From an uncultured virus (IMG/VR IMGVR_UViG_3300011440_000022) (lineage: Duplodnaviria; Heunggongvirae; Uroviricota; Caudoviricetes), in IMG/VR virus record IMGVR_UViG_3300011440_000022: a stretch of 64,000 nt of DNA; one strand, 5' to 3'. This document shows, one piece after another, positions 58,871 to 64,000 of this stretch (its first letter is position 1; each line of letters starts with the position of its first letter). The translations under genes were made by a program, and so were the position numbers. The notes under the pieces were generated by a model. The model ran no database searches and was not told the origin of the DNA. It was given only the letters and a program-made list of their open reading frames with translations.

Positions 58871-60971
58871 CGGGCGCGCCTCCCACACTCGCTCCTGCTC
58901 CGGCACCCTTCGGCGGCACGCCGTAAGAAGTAGCGAAGTCATTGGCCTCTTTCAAAACGTCGAGGATGGGGAGGTCGATTTCCTGCACTGGCATATCGAG
59001 GTCTTCCAGCCCGCCTTCCGCTGCATCCAGACCGACCACCGCTGCCCACCGATGGTGGCCGTCCACCACGTAATCATCTGAGGTCGTGAAAATCGATGAC
59101 TCACGGATGACGTTGCGGGCAGTCTCGGTATCGCCTTCCAGCCACTTCATCATCCCGGCGACCTTGGCCCCGACTAGCTCGTTCTGAGAGGCCTTGAGAT
59201 GCGAAGCCGGTCGCCTCTTCTCAGTGACCGAGATGCCCTTGTCCCGAAGGTATTGAGCAAAGGCAGGCCCGATGTCAACTTCGCCATCCTTGTTCTTGGG
59301 GAGCGCATCGGCGGGAGACCCCTCGACCGGGATACCGGAAAGCTGTGGCATCTGGATTCTCGGGATGCCCTTCGACTCAGCGCAGAAGAGGTTGGTGTCG
59401 GGAACCGAGACCAAGCAGAGGTCGTAGTTGGGAGCATCTTCGCCCGCAGCCTTGGCCTCGTTAGCGATTCGGGCAAGCTCATCAAGCAAGGTCGAGACTT
59501 GATCGACGCTCTGTAGCTCGACGTACTTCCCCTCGTGCAAAGCAGTAACCGCCTCCATCACGTCCGAGGTTTGGAGTGGATTCTCTCTCGACCCGACCTC
59601 ACCAGCTTCGACCGAAATCTCTTCGCCGATCTGATTGGTATTGGCCCCGGCAATAGCGGGAGTCAGCCCCTCATCGGTGCCCTCTCGAAAGCTCGGGAGA
59701 ATGTCGGTGGTCTTGCCCTGGTAGCTGCCGTTGTCGGTACGAATCGTGACTCGGCCAGGATCATTCTCAGCAAATTCAAAATCCTCAATCACACCGGGAA
59801 TGTCACCAGGCAAAATGATTTCGTCACCCACCATGAGGTTCCCAACCTCACGACTCTCGTTGTAGGCCCGAGGCTCGGCGGGCGAAGCCGGTGTCCGAGG
59901 CCGATCCAATCCACGAGCCGTAAATTCCTCTTGGAGATACTCGGCATCCAGGCCAAGCGATTCGACCAACTGCTCATCAACGTCGCCAATGGCGGCATCG
60001 ACCGTGCGTTGGTAAGTGTCACGAAGCTCATCATCACTGAGATTACGGAAGGGACGATCTTCACTGCGACGTGGGATCGAACGACGATCTAGCTCTTCAC
60101 GGAGCAGCGTGTTTTCCAATTCCACATCGAGCATCTCGCCTTCAGGAAGATCACCGATCAGTTGGTCAACCGACTCGGCGTAGCGAGTCTGAAGATCAGA
60201 GTCGGATAGATTTTCAAAAGGCCTGCCCTCGGGCACCACTTCCGGTGCTTCCGGCCCCGGCTGTCCCGCCCGAACCCAATCATCGAGGTCAAGTACCTGC
60301 TCGCCCCGGCTCTCGGCATCGAGTCGATACCGCTGAAATCCCTCAGCAACCGACTTGGGAACGCCAGTCGAAAATGCCTCTTCCAACCCTTCGGTCTCAA
60401 GCAGATAGGAAGGCTCGGGAGGTTGATGAACTCGATTTCGATATGCCTCCATCCGACGCAGCCGCTCGGCGGTCGGATCAGTCCGGCCCTCAAACTCCTG
60501 CATCTCCCGAGAACTTGGAATCTCCGGCACCGACCGGATGAAGTCACCGCTGTCTCGTCGCCCAAAGTCCAGATCGGCCTTGACCTCGGGAGCAGTCGCT
60601 ACTTGGTTCGGCTTCACCGTGACCGTACGCCCATCGGAAAGCTCAACGTCGATGTCGGGATTGCCTTTAGTTCTACCGGGCCGAATCTCTTTGACCTTGC
60701 CCCTGGTGCCGTCCGGCCCATCACCAAAATCAAAAAGCTGAATGAGACCCATCACTTCGATGAAGCGTCCGTCCCGGCCTCGGGGATGAAGGTCGGGATT
60801 CCAAACGGCGGCGGTCAGCCCATGCACCAGCACGTAATTGACCTCCCGAAGATCAATCCCCTCGTTCAGAGCTTGGGCCTCCAAACCAGCAACGATTTCC
60901 AAATTTGGCTCGGGATAGGAAAGGGCTTCCTCCCACTCGGCATAGAGGTCGAGCACTCGTTCGTTTGTCAT
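58857..60971 (-). CDS. Putative internal head protein with WNPDLHPRG tag and C-terminal ParB/Srx-like domain
   Basis: LKASQNEL...KV..IFT..D.YVVDGHHRWAA; two internal RPF.NLSD..L repeats. Confidence 0.75.
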   Translation of the reverse strand: MTNERVLDLYAEWEEALSYPEPNLEIVAGLEAQALNEGIDLREVNYVLVHGLTAAVWNPDLHPRGRDGRFIEVMGLIQLFDFGDGPDGTRGKVKEIRPGRTKGNPDIDVELSDGRTVTVKPNQVATAPEVKADLDFGRRDSGDFIRSVPEIPSSREMQEFEGRTDPTAERLRRMEAYRNRVHQPPEPSYLLETEGLEEAFSTGVPKSVAEGFQRYRLDAESRGEQVLDLDDWVRAGQPGPEAPEVVPEGRPFENLSDSDLQTRYAESVDQLIGDLPEGEMLDVELENTLLREELDRRSIPRRSEDRPFRNLSDDELRDTYQRTVDAAIGDVDEQLVESLGLDAEYLQEEFTARGLDRPRTPASPAEPRAYNESREVGNLMVGDEIILPGDIPGVIEDFEFAENDPGRVTIRTDNGSYQGKTTDILPSFREGTDEGLTPAIAGANTNQIGEEISVEAGEVGSRENPLQTSDVMEAVTALHEGKYVELQSVDQVSTLLDELARIANEAKAAGEDAPNYDLCLVSVPDTNLFCAESKGIPRIQMPQLSGIPVEGSPADALPKNKDGEVDIGPAFAQYLRDKGISVTEKRRPASHLKASQNELVGAKVAGMMKWLEGDTETARNVIRESSIFTTSDDYVVDGHHRWAAVVGLDAAEGGLEDLDMPVQEIDLPILDVLKEANDFATSYGVPPKGAGAGASVGGAPGGAG

Positions 60972-62593
60972 GGCTGCTCCCTCGGCGGCAGATTGCCTCC
61001 CGGCTGAACCTCACCGCCCTGCATGGCTTCGTCCGGTGGTGTGCGGCCACCGGCTGGGTTGGTCTCTGATCTGAACATCGCCCCGAGTTCGTCCATCCCG
61101 CTTCCCTCCCCGCCACCGCCCTCAAGCAGTGACGAGATGTCGTCGGGGATACCGGCCTCTTCCTGCCCGGCTTGCCGAAGAGAAGCGAAGTATTCGGGAT
61201 TGAGCCTCTCGATGAGAGCAGCGGCAATGTCGGGAGGAATCTGTGTCCGCTCCAAAGCCATGCGAGTGAGAAGCTCGTCATCGGTCGGTTTGTCGTAATC
61301 GGTGAAGCCCCGAGCCGACCGCCACGCCTGGTACGAGATGATGTTCCGGTCAAAGCCCTCATTGGCCGCGGTGCTCTTGTCGGGTCGGGTGACAATGTCA
61401 GATGGATCGAACCAAATCACCAATCGATTGATAAGGGTCTCATCCTCTTGGGGATGGAGCTTTTTCAGCGCCGGTCGGAAGTAGACCGTGGTGAGAGCAT
61501 CCACGATCATCAAGGCCAGCGGCTCGATGTGGGCCTTGTAGAGATTGTCGTCAATGATGATGGCGTTGGAGAACTTGACATCGCTCAAGCCCTGCACCAC
61601 GTTCTTTGGAATGTCAATCCCCTGCAAAACCCGGTCAAGAGTTGCCTCGGCAAGCTGAACCATTTGCTCGTCTACGGGACGGCCCAAGTCGATCTTTTTC
61701 AATTCCTTACCGAGCGCAGCCGGGCCGGTGAGGATCAATGGCACCACCGAAGTCGCCGCTGACTCTTCCTCCAACGGGGAGACCGCCGCCTGAATCAGAG
61801 CGTCTTCGATGCTCTGCGGGTTGTCGTCATCGATGCCAGCGGAGAGGCCGTCCGGCACGAAGATGACTCCGGCGTTCATCCGAGACCGAGTCATCATTCG
61901 GATGGCCTGCGTGAGCAAGGTCAGTTGCTCGCACGAGTCAAGCACACCGATCATGGACGAGTCAGCGTCGGATGAGAAGCGAGGATGGGAGCGCCAGATA
62001 CGGGCGACGAAGGTGTTGTCGGGGAGCTTGTCATCCTTGCTCGCCGTGACCGTCGAGGTCTTCCGGCTACGTTGAATGGTGTAGCCCTGACCCGCCCCGT
62101 TGGATTTCAACTCGTCGGTCGAGGCAATCGTCCATTGCTTTTCGCGAACCAAGTAACACTCGCCGGAGACCGAGAGATTGATCCCGAGTTCACGAAGCAG
62201 TCCCGAACCCATTCCCGGCGAGTTCACCAATAGGTCGTAGAGCACCTTGTCTGCCGCCGAGACCAACTCGGCGGTGTTGTCCGGCCAGACCTCGTGCTCT
62301 CTTGCAAACTCTTCCAAAAAGAGACTGGATCGCACCGGCGCAGATTCAGGGTCATCCACGATGGCGGCGTAGAGCCTGATCTGAGAAAGAATTTGCCCGA
62401 TCAGATTGAACGCAAAGTGAAGCTCGCCGATGGAGTCGTAGAACGACCACGCCGCCGTCTGCCAGGCCTCGGGCTTGTGGGTCTCTTCGTTACGTTTGGT
62501 GAGGTCGATCTTCTTGGCTGAGGCCGAGAACGACCGTGGGGAATTGAATGGCGGTGCTTGTTGCCGCCCACCATCATCCTCAAAAAACCTCAT
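60968..62593 (-). CDS. Portal protein
   Basis: WQ..AW.FYD.IGEL.FA, GE.Y, RIWR.HP...DADS, R...G.D.P, W.D.S..RP motifs of actinophage portals. Confidence 0.82.
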   Translation of the reverse strand: MRFFEDDGGRQQAPPFNSPRSFSASAKKIDLTKRNEETHKPEAWQTAAWSFYDSIGELHFAFNLIGQILSQIRLYAAIVDDPESAPVRSSLFLEEFAREHEVWPDNTAELVSAADKVLYDLLVNSPGMGSGLLRELGINLSVSGECYLVREKQWTIASTDELKSNGAGQGYTIQRSRKTSTVTASKDDKLPDNTFVARIWRSHPRFSSDADSSMIGVLDSCEQLTLLTQAIRMMTRSRMNAGVIFVPDGLSAGIDDDNPQSIEDALIQAAVSPLEEESAATSVVPLILTGPAALGKELKKIDLGRPVDEQMVQLAEATLDRVLQGIDIPKNVVQGLSDVKFSNAIIIDDNLYKAHIEPLALMIVDALTTVYFRPALKKLHPQEDETLINRLVIWFDPSDIVTRPDKSTAANEGFDRNIISYQAWRSARGFTDYDKPTDDELLTRMALERTQIPPDIAAALIERLNPEYFASLRQAGQEEAGIPDDISSLLEGGGGEGSGMDELGAMFRSETNPAGGRTPPDEAMQGGEVQPGGNLPPREQP

Positions 62594-63333
62594 GTCACCG
62601 ATTGCGTGAATACGTAACAGGGGTTCCAGACAGCGAGAGCCAGCCGTTCGACCTTGTAGAGCAGGGTGTTCGACAGCAACTCTTCGTAGCTGGAAGTGGT
62701 GAATTCCTCTGACACATACACATCGATTTCGCCACCGTGTATTGCCATCTGACCAGCCGGATAGTTCCCAACCACGACGGGGTTGCCGGTGACGGATGAG
62801 TAGAGCTTGCCGTCCTTCTCGGTCATCGCACCTTCGGCCAGGACTGCGTCATAGGCCGACATGTGGATTGTCCCGCCCTGCATCCCATCTGCGATCAGCT
62901 TGGCCTCCAACCGGGCCATCGCCTCTCGTGAGTTGGCGGCGGTGCCGCCGGTAGCAACGCCATCCGAGAGCTTGGGATTGGTCGGGGAAGTTGCTGTCCC
63001 TCCCCATATCGCCTCTTCGATGGCGGCGGAAGTCTTGATGTCGAGTTCCCGTTCAACCGCCTCGGTTATCTCGTGGCCGATGAATTGCACTCCGAACTCG
63101 ATCACGAAAGGAACGAATGACACCGCATCGGGGCAATCTTGAAAGTCGGCTGACTTCTCAGCGGGCGGGCAGTTGGCCTCTTCGACATTGACATCGAAGC
63201 AACCCTGCGGAACGAAGACGACTCCCTCTTCCCACCGCCCATCACTGCCCGGTCGATTCCCGGTGTCCAGAAGGTTGTGCTTGGTACCGAAGATGTCCGG
63301 CGCATCTACGGACTGATTGAGCAATAGCACCAT
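62590..63333 (-). CDS. Major capsid pentamer-type protein
   Basis: RWE.G..F....C, PF.I, E..IW.G, G.IH, GNPVV.G.Y, N.....ER pattern. Confidence 0.7.
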   Translation of the reverse strand: MVLLLNQSVDAPDIFGTKHNLLDTGNRPGSDGRWEEGVVFVPQGCFDVNVEEANCPPAEKSADFQDCPDAVSFVPFVIEFGVQFIGHEITEAVERELDIKTSAAIEEAIWGGTATSPTNPKLSDGVATGGTAANSREAMARLEAKLIADGMQGGTIHMSAYDAVLAEGAMTEKDGKLYSSVTGNPVVVGNYPAGQMAIHGGEIDVYVSEEFTTSSYEELLSNTLLYKVERLALAVWNPCYVFTQSVT

Positions 63334-63434
63334 GTTCGACCCCGAACTCCCTTTCGACGTTGTGTCGTGCCGTCAGATCAGTTCAGGGTCTAGAAACTTC
63401 GTGGGAGCATAGTCACACGAAGACGAGCGACGGG

Positions 63435-63524
63435 TTACCAGATGGTGGCTGCAAGCCAGATGATTCCCAGGACGACGAGAACCAAAAGCGCAATCTTGAG
63501 AATCACGTCGAGGTTGATGGTCAT
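63435..63524 (-). CDS. Small membrane protein (29 aa)
   Basis: MTINLDVILKIALLVLVVLGIIWLAATIW; GGAGG RBS. Confidence 0.5.
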   Translation of the reverse strand: MTINLDVILKIALLVLVVLGIIWLAATIW

Positions 63525-63538
63525 TGCCCGCTTCCCTC

Positions 63539-63730
63539 CTACTCAGATGGAGCGACCTTACTCTCTGACTCTGGCTCGGGTGCGTTGTGAGTGAGGTCAA
63601 CCTTTTCGGCCCAACTCCGTGCATCCTCGGTGCAATCAGGACAACCGGCAAGCAGTCCCGAAATCCATGTCAGCAATTGCTCGGGGTCAATGGTGTTCTC
63701 GGTCTCAGTCTTTCGTCGTTTCAATAGCAT
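63539..63730 (-). CDS. Hypothetical protein
   Basis: GAGG RBS; CPDC. Confidence 0.5.
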   Translation of the reverse strand: MLLKRRKTETENTIDPEQLLTWISGLLAGCPDCTEDARSWAEKVDLTHNAPEPESESKVAPSE

Positions 63731-63740
63731 GTCTGGCCTC

Positions 63741-64000
63741 TCAATATTTAATCATGTAATTGACCACTTGGTACGGCGGATTAGCTGTGCTGGTATCCCC
63801 GGTTCCCGATGCCCCGGTCGCCCCGGTTCCCGACGCCCCGGTAGCCCCGGTTCCCGCTGCCACCGATGATCCCAAGTCGTGAGTGTGGTGAGGAATTGTG
63901 TGAGTATGAGTAGCTGATGCGCTGGTTCCACCGACATTATGCGTGTGGTTGGCGGCTGCGCTCGTCGTCCCACTAATGCTGATTGACACCGAACCGGAGT
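63741..64000 (-). CDS. Tail-fibre/collar-type protein, 3' part only (truncated by the window)
   Basis: HTH/HxH repeats, GTGATGAS repeats, PPYQVVNYMIKY C-terminus. Confidence 0.7.
   Translation of the reverse strand, partial: SGSVSISISGTTSAAANHTHNVGGTSASATHTHTIPHHTHDLGSSVAAGTGATGASGTGATGASGTGDTSTANPPYQVVNYMIKY

Noticed and set aside
1..64000. Integrase, terminase, tape measure, reverse transcriptase/DGR, tRNA cluster
   Set aside because: No diagnostic motifs found in this window; they may lie outside it, so lifestyle cannot be settled here

Overview
The window is 64 kb of a GC-rich tailed dsDNA phage genome, most likely infecting an actinobacterium. The host inference rests on an LPxTG-anchored surface protein, an Ltp lipoprotein, an M15 endolysin with an SLH-like tail, and actinophage-type separate capsid hexamer and pentamer proteins. 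From left to right it contains: (i) a non-coding, repeat-rich end or origin (1-1040) beside a Prim-Pol/helicase gene; (ii) an accessory block (4-11 kb) with an Ltp superinfection-exclusion lipoprotein, a sortase-anchored ComEA-like protein and three strongly base-paired non-coding segments; (iii) lysis genes; (iv) capsid hexamer, tail and neck genes (13-20 kb, +); (v) replication and recombination genes (PolA, RuvC-like resolvase, SNF2 helicase, MoxR/VWA pair, beta clamp, exonuclease/Sak4/SSB; 21-45 kb, +); (vi) a second, oppositely oriented head operon (46-64 kb, -). That operon holds pentamer, portal and prohead protease plus three large effector-like proteins that share an N-terminal WNPDLHPRGxDG[RK]FIE tag and carry ParB-like, HipA/PI3K-like kinase plus possible ART, or twin zincin domains. 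A TTT(C/G)AAA pseudo-palindrome is heavily over-represented across the window (about 70 copies counted by eye). I saw no terminase, tape measure, integrase, tRNA or CRISPR array in this window. All functional calls come from motif recognition; no database search was run.
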